Of a stretch of 64,000 bases of DNA, positions 1 to 8,841 are shown one piece after another (positions within the stretch are counted from its first letter, which is position 1; every line of letters begins with the position of its first letter). The notes beneath the pieces were generated by a model. The model was given only the letters and a program-made list of their open reading frames with translations, did no database searches and was not told the origin of the DNA. The stretch comes from Ostreococcus lucimarinus. Lineage: Eukaryota. A program made the translations under genes and the position numbers. Location of the stretch: the NCBI GenBank assembly GCA_000092065.1, contig CP000593.1. One strand, given 5' to 3'.

Positions 1-201
1 TGGATCTGGTGACGTGCCGGGGGGGTAAAACGACCAATCATGACTCAATGATCGTTTGTGATTCAAACGCGACCCCCCCCTATCCACGCGCGCGCCGACG
101 TCACGCCGCGCGACGACGGCGCGCGCGTCACACGCCCGCCCGCGCGCCGCACGCCGCGAGACACGCGCACGGAGACGACCGTCGCGCGCGCACACCGCCC
201 C

Positions 202-546
202 ATGTCGCACCACGCCCTGTCGTTCACCGCGAACGTCGCGCACGCGTCGCCGATCGCGCGATCGGCGGCGCGCGCGCGGACGCCCCGCGCGACGCGCGCG
301 CACAAGCGCGCGCACGTCACGCGCGCCGGGAACGAGTACGAAAACGGATTGTTCGCGCCGATCGTGCGCGTCGCGCGCGATGTGATCGGGGTGAAGCGGT
401 TCAACCAGATTCGCGGCAAGGCGATCGCGCTGCACTCGCAAGTCATCGGCGACTTTTGCGAAGAGTTTGGATGCGACACCAAGGTGAAACAAAACTTGAT
501 TCGCACGGCAAAGAAGAATGGTGGGAAGCTTGGGTTCTTGGCGTAG
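202..546 (+). CDS. PGR5: PGR5 (proton gradient regulation 5, cyclic electron flow), plastid-targeted
   Basis: The C-terminal ~70 aa (GLFAPIVRVARDVIGVKRFNQIRGKAIALHSQVIGDFCEEFG..LIRTAKKNGGKLGFLA) match plant PGR5 almost position for position. The ORF-track start at 58 is GTG. The first in-frame ATG is at 202 and gives an Ala/Arg/Ser-rich transit-peptide-like leader. Confidence 0.85.
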   Translation: MSHHALSFTANVAHASPIARSAARARTPRATRAHKRAHVTRAGNEYENGLFAPIVRVARDVIGVKRFNQIRGKAIALHSQVIGDFCEEFGCDTKVKQNLIRTAKKNGGKLGFLA

Positions 547-777
547 GCGCGAGACGAAGCGAGCGAGATTCTTTAGGAGCGCGACGGAAGACCGACGAGG
601 GAGGGGGCGCGCGAGCATAGCCAACTTAAACACGTAGCGCGGCGCGAAGCAGAAGCAGAGCCATCGGAGATGGGCGTTGTGATGCAAAAAATGCGACATT
701 CTTTAATATTCGCCAAAACGACGAACGAACGATTGAGGCGCGCGCACGGCCGCTCGCGGGTCTAAGTATTAAAAATT

Positions 778-1869
778 TTAAACGCCGAGGAGCGCGGAAT
801 CGAGCGGGGAGTACATCTCTGACAGTAAGACGTTGATGAATCCCGGGCAATGCGCGCCGTGATCGGTGACGAACACCGAGATCAGTTCCGCGGGTACGAA
901 TTCGAACGACGGGTTTATGACGACGGCGTCCGGATCGGCACCGCGCTCGCCGTAACCCAGTGCCGTCGACGGCGACCCGAAGCCGTAGACGCGGTCGAAC
1001 CCGGCTTCTTTTTGCGTCTTCGGTGAGATTGCGTACGAACCGGCGAGCATAAGCACGGGTACGGAGTGCGCTTTCGCGGCAAGAGCTATGTTATACGCCC
1101 CGCTATCGACGAGCGCGCTGCCATCGGCGAGCACGCCCCGCGCGCTCAACACGCACAGCTTGACGCTCGGCATCGTCGCGTACACCGCGCTATCGCAAAT
1201 CAAGCTCACGTCCCGCACCCCACGCTCGGCTAAACTCTTCGCCATCGCGTGTCCGTCGTATCTCGGCGCGCTCTCCGCGACGACGACGCTAAATCCACCC
1301 CCTCCCTCGCTCGCGGACCGTTTCTTATTCGCGTCTCTCAAAAACGCCTCCGCCAACCCGGTCCCCGCGCTCGCGTTCGACCCCATCGTCATCACCACGC
1401 ATCCATTCGTCACAAAATCCGAGCTTTGGCTCGCAATATTCGTCGACACCGTCTCCATTTCCTCGATCACCTCGTGTGCGGTATCGATGACATCCTTTTT
1501 CAATTTCTTCGTCGCCGCGCCGCCGCCGCCGCCGCCGCTCTCGCCGCCGCCGCCGCCGTCGCCCCTCTCGCTCGTCGCCCCCTCGTCCCGTATCACTCGC
1601 AGCACGCGCCGCGCCACGTTCCCGACCAGCAAGTGTTCCCGCTTCAGCACCGCCAGCGATCCACCGATCGCGCGCACGCTCGCGATGATTTCCTCGAGCG
1701 TCGCGCGACCGTCCGCCGTCGCCACGACCTGAATGAGCGTCTCCGCGACGCGTTTCGCGAGCACCGCCGGCGGTTTCGCGTCGTACGTCCCTCGCCGAAC
1801 GTCGTGCGACAAGTCCTCCACCGATCGCTGCGTCGCCGGCGTGAGCGCGGCGTCGCGCGCGGGCGGCAT
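778..1869 (-). CDS. Translation initiation factor eIF-2B subunit (IF-2B family, beta/delta-like)
   Basis: IF-2B family core is present: VVVAESAPRYDGHAMAKSLAERGV, VLSARGVLADGSALVDSGAYNIALAAKAHSVPVLMLAG, INPSFEFVPAELISVFVTD. The codons at 2037 and 1869 are both ATG. I prefer 1869 because the N-terminus then aligns with eIF2B-beta-like starts, and because 2037 lies only 10 bp from the divergent ATG at 2047. Confidence 0.75.
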   Translation of the reverse strand: MPPARDAALTPATQRSVEDLSHDVRRGTYDAKPPAVLAKRVAETLIQVVATADGRATLEEIIASVRAIGGSLAVLKREHLLVGNVARRVLRVIRDEGATSERGDGGGGGESGGGGGGAATKKLKKDVIDTAHEVIEEMETVSTNIASQSSDFVTNGCVVMTMGSNASAGTGLAEAFLRDANKKRSASEGGGGFSVVVAESAPRYDGHAMAKSLAERGVRDVSLICDSAVYATMPSVKLCVLSARGVLADGSALVDSGAYNIALAAKAHSVPVLMLAGSYAISPKTQKEAGFDRVYGFGSPSTALGYGERGADPDAVVINPSFEFVPAELISVFVTDHGAHCPGFINVLLSEMYSPLDSALLGV

Positions 1870-2046
1870 CGTCGTCGACGCGTCCTCGAACGGACGAGGC
1901 GACGCGCGACGAGGCGCGCGAACGCGGACGCGCGCGGGGTTCGCGAGACGAAAACGATCGCGAGGGCTTCGATCTCGCGCGCGCGCTCGAGACGTCGCGA
2001 CGACGCGTTGTGACGACGCGCCGGCTCTGCGCGTCATTGCGAGAAG

Positions 2047-3727
2047 ATGGCGTTCGCGCTCGGCGCGAGCGCGGAGGAATGGGCGATCGACGCGTGGATG
2101 CGGTTACCGTTGATCGCCTGGGCGAGTTCGTTCGTCGGGACGGTGCGTCGGGCGGTCGCGCGCGGCGCGCGCGCGGCGCGAACGCGATGGATGGTCGAGC
2201 GGGCGCGCGCGCGCGCGTTGAGAGCGACGCGAGACGCGTTCGGGCGCGCGAGACGGCGACGCGCGAGGCGCGGCGCGGTGACTGACGGGAGTTTCGAACG
2301 CGCGGTGGACGCAGCTCATGAATAAGCACGCGAAGACGCCGAAGATCACGGGATACTTGCTCGCCGGCGTGGCGTTTGGGCGACACGGTTTAGGCGCGTT
2401 GTCGGCGGCGGGATCTCGACGGTTATGGCTCGTCGATAACGGATGCCTGGCGTGCATCGGCGTCGCGGCTGGATCTGAGGTGGTGCTGAGTGAGGTGCGG
2501 AAGACGCTGCGGGTGACGATGGTGACCATCGCGAGCGTGGCGTGCTGCTGCTGGTGCGCGACGTTTGGCGCGTTCGACGCGATTTTCGCGCAGAGGGTGG
2601 AGTTTTTGCAAGGGCTGACGGAGCGACACGTCGCGGCGGTGGGATCTTTATTGGGGACGCTTTCGTTGGCGCGCTCGCCCGCGAGTGCGATGGCGGTGAT
2701 CAACGAGTGCGAGGCGAGCGGGCCGTATTGCGCGCACATTTTGAGCACGACGGTTTTGAAAGACGTTCTCGTCGTCGCGTTGTTCGCTATAAACGTCGAG
2801 CTCGTGGCGCTTTCGGGATTAGACTTCCACAATATCATATCAGATGCGGCGACGATGGCCTTGGGAGGTGAGATCGCGAGCAACACGACGCGCGATGTCG
2901 GCGCGAGCGCGGCGGCGAGAAGACTCTTGGTGAATTTGAAGCCCGCGACGCAATGGGAAACTTCGCATCCCATCACCAAGCTTTTGCAACCTATAGTGCG
3001 GGTGATCGGGGCCGCCATTGCGGGTATCATCGCAGGCGTCCTACTTGGACGCTTGCTCAAACCCACGTCCTTGGCGGCGCGTTGGAAAAACATTCGTGTC
3101 GGCTGCATCGTGTGCGGCGCCGCCGCCATCTTTGTGTCTAGCGAACATCTCGGATTGGAGCCTTTATTGGTGTGCGTCGCCGCCGGTCTCACCGCGGCAA
3201 ATCGCAAGCATACGAACGGCGCGCACGAGCGCGAGGAGTTACACGCCGCGATCGCGATCGTGACGCCAGCGGTAAATTTGCTCTTCTTCACCCTCGCCGG
3301 CGCGAGCCTGCGCCTGGAAAACGTGTACAACTCCATCGTCATCGCGGTCGGTCTCGTCATCGTTCGTCTTTTGGGGCTGTATTGTGCCACGGCAATATCT
3401 GCGCGCATACTCAAAGCACCGGCGGTGAGCGACATCACGGGCGAACGGCGCAAAAACATTGAATGGATGGGGCACGTCACCCAAGCCGGCGTCGCGCTCG
3501 GTTTGTCGCGCACCGTCGCCGCGAGATTTCCATACTGGGGCCCCGCGTTTTCGACGCTGGCCGTGTCCGTGATCGTCATCAACTTATTCATCGGTCCCGT
3601 GTTATTTCGCGCATCCATAGAACTCATGAACGAGTCGCACTCGACGCTCAACGCGGCGTTGGAGCGCATCGTCGCGACGCCCAAGCGCGCGGTCGAGGCG
3701 CCCGCGACCGGCTCTCCTTCCCTTTAG
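2047..3727 (+). CDS. Cation/H+ antiporter, CPA2 (Kef/KEA-like Na_H exchanger family), 2 exons: 2047..2142 and 2315..3727
   Basis: Polytopic membrane protein with the CPA signature KITGYLLAGVAFGRHGLG near the N-terminus. The ORF beginning at ATG 2318 lacks the first TM helix. Exon 1 (MAFALGASAEEWAIDAWMRLPLIAWASSFVGT) supplies it and joins in phase 0 through a GTGCGT...ACTGAC...CAG intron. Confidence 0.7.
2143..2314 (+). other. Predicted intron (172 nt) of the CPA2 antiporter
   Basis: Donor ACG|GTGCGT at 2143, ACTGAC at 2281-2286, acceptor CAG ending at 2314. Phase 0 on both sides. There is an in-frame stop if it is not spliced. Confidence 0.55.
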
Positions 3728-3838
3728 CACAGCGCGCCGCGCGCCTAGTCCATTTGTATCGAAAGTCTCCTTTCTTAGTGTATTACATTCGCATGATTCA
3801 TTCGCCGCTAAACTAAAATTAAACAGGCTCTCGCGACC

Positions 3839-4341
3839 CTATTCGAGCTCGAGTCGCTTCTCCACATCCTTCCAGAGTTTACCCTTATTCGAGCTGCGCG
3901 CGAACCGTCGACGAAAACCTCGGTCAATCCCCATTCGCATCATCGCGCGCGCGCGCGCGCGCCTCGCGCGCGTCGCGCGCGTCGCGTCGTTTCGCGTCGC
4001 GTCGTTTCGCGTCGCGTCGCTTCGACCCCTCACCTCTCCCACGCGCGATCGAATCCGTAGTTCAACGCCTTCTCCCCCGCGAGCGCCCCCGCGACGATCA
4101 CCCCGACGTACACCGCCGAATTCTGCGCGCGCGCGTTCGCGCCTCGTCAGTCCCCCCGTCCTCGCGCGCGTCGCGCGCCGCCCTCCCCCCTCGTCGTCGA
4201 GATCGCGCGCTCGATCGTCGCCGCCTCGCGCGCGCCGTCGCCCGCGCGCCGCCCGCGCGCCGTCGCCCGCGCGCGCCGTCGCGCCCGCGCGCGCTCGCGC
4301 GCACGCACCGACATGAACGTCTTGTAAAACGCGCCGAACAT
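3839..4341 (-). CDS. QCR9: Cytochrome bc1 complex subunit 9 (QCR9/UQCR10), 3 exons: 4341..4309, 4122..4034, 3893..3839
   Basis: The spliced product is 58 aa: MFGAFYKTFMSNSAVYVGVIVAGALAGEKALNYGFDRAWESSNKGKLWKDVEKRLELE. The FYKTF..N.AV.VG..AG helix and the NKGKLWKDV tail match yeast Qcr9 and human UQCR10. Splice phases are consistent. This gene is not represented in the ORF track. Confidence 0.8.
3894..4033 (-). other. QCR9 intron 2 (140 nt)
   Basis: Donor AG|GTGAGG, ATTGAC branch-like motif, acceptor CAG. Phase 2/1 recreates an AGC (Ser) codon. Confidence 0.7.
4123..4308 (-). other. QCR9 intron 1 (186 nt)
   Basis: Donor TCG|GTGCGT; ACTGAC (plus-strand gtcagt at 4146-4151) 24 nt before the acceptor CAG; phase 0. 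Confidence 0.75.
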
Positions 4342-4351
4342 CGTCGCGCGT

Positions 4352-4592
4352 CCGTCCGTCGATCGCGTCGCGATCTGCGCGCGCGCGCGTCGTCGCCGCC
4401 GATCGCTCGAACCTCGAGCCATCGATCGTTCGCGCAGATTTAACCGCATCGCGAGGTTCGATCGACGACGCCGTCCGTCGATCGCGCGTCGCGATCCGCG
4501 CGCGCGCGCGATCGTCGCCGCCGATCGCTCGAACCTCGAGCCATCGATCGACTCCACCGATTTCACCGCATCGCGAGGTTCGATCGACGACG
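4352..4592. repeat. Tandem duplication, 2 x ~120 bp, CGATCG-rich, in the QCR9/ANTH divergent promoter
   Basis: Copy A is 4352-4470 and copy B is 4471-4592. They share long identical blocks (ccgccgatcgctcgaacctcgagccatcgatcg, caccgcatcgcgaggttcgatcgacgacg) with a few indels. Confidence 0.85.
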
Positions 4593-4662
4593 CGCGCGCG
4601 GGTTCGCCGGCGCGCGGGCGCGCCCGCGCCGGCACAGACGCGCGCGGTCGCGTCGGCGCGCG

Positions 4663-6813
4663 ATGCCGCTCCGGTTGCAGAAAAAGGCGTCGCGCGTCGT
4701 GCGCGCGGTGGCGGAGGAGGTCCAGGTCGCGCGCGGCGTCGGCACGCGCACCGATAAGCGCGGGAACGCGAAGACGGCGCTGTGGGAGCGCGGCAAGGTG
4801 CGATCGAGCGGCGGATTGGCGCGTGTCTCGATCGGCGCGACGAGGATCGCGCGCGAACGCGCGACGCGAGGCGACGCGCGACGCGCGCGCGCGGAGACGC
4901 GAAGGGAAACCCGCGCGGGAGATTCGGGGAGACGCGCGAGAGACTGACGGGACGCGGACGCGACGCAGGCGAAACTCGCGGCGACGGCGGTGGAGAAGGA
5001 GTTCGCCGAGACGCAGTTGGCGTTTAGCAAGGCGACGAATTTCGATGACGTGCCGCCGAAGGAGAAGCACGTGCTGGCGCTGGTGCGCACGTGCGGAGGC
5101 GCGGGCGGAGGGAGCTCGAGGGATCGGGCGTTCGTGTTGGAGACGTTGGCGAGACAGGTGCGGAAGTGCGCGCCGTGGAGGACGATGCTGAAGACGCACG
5201 TGTTGCTGCACAGGTTGATGCGGGAGTGCGAGGGAGGGGGGTTTAAGGATGACTTCTTCAGGTTTTTGGAATTTTTATCTCGGAAAACGTACGGGCCGAA
5301 AGAACAGACGCTGTTTAACATTCGCTACTGGAAGGACGAGACCAACAAGGACGCGTACGAGTTGTCGGGGTGGACGCGCGCGTACGCGGCGTACCTCGAA
5401 GAGCTGTGCGCTTTGAATGAGTTCATCCCGAGCCTCGTAGGAAACGTGAGTGGCGCGGTGACGACGACGACAAACGGCGAGGCGCGAGCGGTGGTGGCGA
5501 ATCCGTTGAAAGATTGTGATTTCGCGACGTTGATCAAGGTTTTGCCCTTGGTGCAGACGCTCGTGCGACGCATCACGGATTGCGCGCCAACATCTACGAC
5601 GCTGCAGAAAAATGCCGTCTCGCGATACGCCGTCGGACTCGTCGCAAAGGATAGTTTCTTGGTGTATCGCGTCATGAACGAGGGCATCATAAACCTGGTG
5701 GACAAGTACTTTGAAACGAGCAAAGTCGAGGCGGAGAAAGGGTTGGTGATTTTCAAAAAGTACTTGACGCAAATCGAAGACTTGCAACGATTTTACGACA
5801 CGTGCGAAGCGTGCGCGGCGGTGGAAAACGCAGTCGTCAAGCTTGAAGCACCCCCTGCGACGTTTTTGAAGAGCATGGAAGAGTACTTCGAATCGGCGCC
5901 TCGCGAAGGCTTGCCTCTTCGCGAGCGGCGGTTGGGCGCGACATCTTCGACGACGGCGAACAATGCACGAGCGAATGCGGTGGGGTCGACAATGTTGGCG
6001 ATCGACGTCCCCGCCAACAACGCGGACTTTATCAGTACCACTGCTGCGCTACCGCCGGTGGAGCCGTTGAATGCGCTCGATGCGCTCAGTCAGCTTGATT
6101 TAGGTACGCCGAGCCCAACGAGCAAAGACGATGTTTTTAGCTCAAACGCGCTGCCCGCGCCGACGCAACCGCCGGCGTTAGCGCCGGTCGCGCCCGCAGC
6201 TTCGAGCAGTACAAGCGCACTTGATTCTTTCTCCGAGTCAATCGCTCCGGCGGTGCCGACGGAACCCTCTGCGGTGGCGTACAACCCATTCGGAGCGAAC
6301 CCATACGGCGGCGCCCCGCAAATGGTGCCGGCGGCTCCGCAAACGGCGCCGGCGCCCCAAGCAAAATCGCCGAGAAGCACGAACCCATTCGGAAATAACC
6401 CGTTCGGTACACCACAGCCTCAAAGTTTGGACAAGAGCGCACTCAATGACTTATACGCGCAAGCTCCAGCGTCACCCAGGAGTGGCCATGGCATGAGTTC
6501 CATGGCACCGCCGCAACACATCAATCCGAGCTTTATGCAAGCGCCGCCCAACAGCGCCTTGCAGCGGCAGCAAGTTGGCGCACCTCAGCTAGCGCTACCG
6601 ATGGCTGGTGTGCAGTATCCACAACAATATCCGCAGATGGCGTTCCCCCAGCACCATCAGCAGATGGGATACCCGCAGCAGCATCCGCAGATGGGATATC
6701 CCCAGCGCCCGGCGGCTGAACCACCGTTGCACCCGGCGTTCGCCAACCCTCACCAAGGCGGCAGTCCAAGTTCTAGCGCTCCATCACCGCAGAACTCCGG
6801 CAGTTTGATTTGA
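4663..6813 (+). CDS. ANTH-domain clathrin assembly protein (AP180/PICALM-like); likely 2 exons: 4663..4797 and 4969..6813
   Basis: ANTH core is present: SKATNFDDVPPKEKHVLALV...WRTMLKTHVLLHRLMREC...LSGWTRAYAAYLEE. The C-terminal half is P/Q/A-rich with NPF motifs (NPFGANPYG, NPFGNNPFG). The ORF-track start at 4990 is GTG, and the first in-frame ATG would delete part of the ANTH domain. An upstream exon starting at ATG 4663 joins in phase 0. Confidence 0.75.
4798..4968 (+). other. Predicted intron (171 nt) of the ANTH gene
   Basis: Donor AAG|GTGCGA at 4798, ACTGAC at 4943-4948, acceptor CAG ending at 4968. There is an in-frame TGA inside. An alternative earlier donor (GAG|GTCCAG) cannot be excluded. 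Confidence 0.45.
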
Positions 6814-6898
6814 TCTAGAGCGACACGACGAGAATAAGCACGCAAATGAACAACCAAACGCGCGCGCTTCCCTTTGTCGCCACAGCGCGCCTCGCGCC

Positions 6899-8368
6899 AT
6901 GTCGCTCGCCGTCCATCTCTCATCCACCCGCACGCGCGGCGCGACGCCGTTCGCGCGCGTCAATCGCGCAAAACAGTCGCGCGTCGCATACCAGCGCGTC
7001 TCCACGCGCGCATCGCGACGCGTCGCGACGCTAGTTCGCGTTGTCCCGCTCAAAAAGTGCTGCGCTTTTTCGCAGTCATCCTCGCGCCGTTCCGCTACGC
7101 GCGCGCGCGCGACGGCCGCCGCGCCGCGCGACGCCGACGATGCGAATAAAATCATCCTCGCCCTCGGCGTGGCCATGCTGCTCGCGAGCGCGGACCGAAC
7201 GATTTTCGCCGCCGCGGCGCTGAGCCTGAAGGCGGAGCTGGGCATGTCCATGAAGGATTTGGCGCTCGCGCAGAGCGCGTTTCTGTGGGGATACGGCGTC
7301 ACGCAGCTCGCGGCGGGCGCGTCGAGCGATCGATTCGGTGGCGCGAAGGTGTTGCTCGGTGGGCTGTGCGTGTGGTCGATCGCGGTGGCGGTGACGCCGC
7401 TGAGCTCGATGACGACGGCGCCGGTGCTCGCAGTCGTGGCGGCGCGATTTTTGTTCGGCGCGGCGAGCGGATGCGCGCTACCGGCGTCCGCAGCGGCGGT
7501 TGCGGCGCACGTGCCGGCGGAGCGACGGTCGGGCGCGTTGTCAACGATATTTGCGCTGTTTAACATTGGTTCGGCGTTCGGGCTCGCGGCGGCTGGAAGT
7601 TTGATCACGCAGTTTGGGTGGCGAGCGATTTTCTACGGCTTCGGCGCGTTTGGCGCGGCGTGGGCCGTCGCCGCCTACGCCGCAATGCCGCAGAGCGTGA
7701 AAACTTTCGTCCCTAGGGTACCGAAGGTGAGCGAGTTGAAGGATGAAAACGGCGAGCAAATGACCGAGTTGTCGTCCGAAGTTGCGACGCAGCTCGTTGC
7801 GCTGTTGTGGTGTCACGTCGTCGTGAACTGGGGGTTCATGATTTTACAGTCATGGCTGCCGGTGTATCTCGCGAACGACTTGGGAATGTCCATCGCGAGC
7901 TCTGGGATCCTCGGCGCTTTACCGTGGGTATTCACCGCGTTCATGTCATTTAGCTCGGGACAGGTGGCGGATAAGTTGATTAGTCGAGGGATGGAGCGAT
8001 GGAAAGTGCGTCGATTGGCGATGAACGTCGCCACCATCGGTCCCGCCCTGGGATTATTCGCGTTGAAGTACACCACCACCGCGAGCGTCGCGTTGGCGTG
8101 CATCGTCGCCACGCTCGGTCTTCAAGCCGTCGCGGTTGCGGGGTATCACAGTTACCTTCAGGACGTCGCTCCGTCTCGCGCGGGCGCTATTCTCGGTTTC
8201 ACAAACACGGTCGGCGTCGTCGGTTCAATCGTCGCCAACATGGTGACTGGCGCGAGCGTCGAGGCGACGGGGTCGTTTCAAGCGACATTTTTGTACACCG
8301 CGGCGATGTACGCGAGCTCTTGCTTTGTTTGGAATGCATTCTTGAAGGGTGAGCAGTTGTTTCCGTAA
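6899..8368 (+). CDS. Major facilitator superfamily transporter, PHT4/ANTR (SLC17-like anion transporter) type, transit-peptide-like N-terminus
   Basis: ATG at 6899 and about 12 predicted TM helices. The motif region ADRTIFAAAALSLKAELGMSMKDLALAQSAFLWGYGVTQLAAGASSDRFGGAKVLLGGLCVWS is typical of SLC17/PHT4-type MFS proteins. Confidence 0.7.
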   Translation: MSLAVHLSSTRTRGATPFARVNRAKQSRVAYQRVSTRASRRVATLVRVVPLKKCCAFSQSSSRRSATRARATAAAPRDADDANKIILALGVAMLLASADRTIFAAAALSLKAELGMSMKDLALAQSAFLWGYGVTQLAAGASSDRFGGAKVLLGGLCVWSIAVAVTPLSSMTTAPVLAVVAARFLFGAASGCALPASAAAVAAHVPAERRSGALSTIFALFNIGSAFGLAAAGSLITQFGWRAIFYGFGAFGAAWAVAAYAAMPQSVKTFVPRVPKVSELKDENGEQMTELSSEVATQLVALLWCHVVVNWGFMILQSWLPVYLANDLGMSIASSGILGALPWVFTAFMSFSSGQVADKLISRGMERWKVRRLAMNVATIGPALGLFALKYTTTASVALACIVATLGLQAVAVAGYHSYLQDVAPSRAGAILGFTNTVGVVGSIVANMVTGASVEATGSFQATFLYTAAMYASSCFVWNAFLKGEQLFP

Positions 8369-8370
8369 AA

Positions 8371-8801
8371 AATAAGATGTAAATATAAAAAATGAATCCG
8401 TCACTCTTAGACTGCGATCGCGTTCCGATGCGTGTCGGAAATGGTAGACTGCCAGCGGAGCCATCAAAGGCTTCCTAATCGTCAACCGCACGATCCGCCC
8501 CAAAGTAAACTTTAATAAGATGTAAATATGAAAAATGAATCCGTCACTCTTAGACTGCGATCGCGTTCCGATGCGTGTCGGAAATGGTAGACTGCCAGCG
8601 GAGCCATCAAAGGCTTCCTAATCGTCAACCGCACGATCCGCCCCAAAGTAAACTTTAATAAGATGTAAATATGAAAAATGAATCCGTCACTCTTAGACTG
8701 CGATCGCGTTCCGATGCGTGTCGGAAATGGTAGACTGCCAGCGGAGCCATCAAAGGCTTCCTAATCGTCAACCGCACGATCCGCCCCAAAGTAAACTTTG
8801 A
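8371..8801. repeat. Near-perfect tandem repeat, 3 x 143 bp
   Basis: Unit starts (taagatgtaaatat...) are at 8373, 8516 and 8659. I see 1 mismatch between copies 1 and 2 and 1 at the end of copy 3. The repeat fills the gap between two convergent genes, from 3 bp after the MFS stop codon to about 40 bp before the 3' end of the next gene. Confidence 0.95.
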
Positions 8802-8841
8802 AAGTTATGCACTGATGCGTGTGCGATGATTATCTCGCGAA

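Noticed and set aside
2104-3684. Long ORFs lying antisense to, or overlapping, real genes. Examples: 2104-3684 (526 aa), 1325-2386, 10766-12397 (543 aa), 13098-14636, 20792-22222, 22425-24158 upper part, 33910-35337, 37057-38025, 38536-39444, 62085-63161.
   Set aside because: Their translations are Arg/Ala/Gly/His-rich low-complexity sequence with no recognisable motifs, and the opposite strand encodes unmistakable conserved proteins. At this GC content stop codons are rare, so long spurious frames are expected.
8371-8801. Possible CRISPR array or satellite-encoded ORF (8225-8503 minus) in the 143-bp repeats.
   Set aside because: The copies are directly contiguous with no unique spacers, the host is a eukaryote, and the overlapping ORF is an artefact that runs into the end of the MFS gene.
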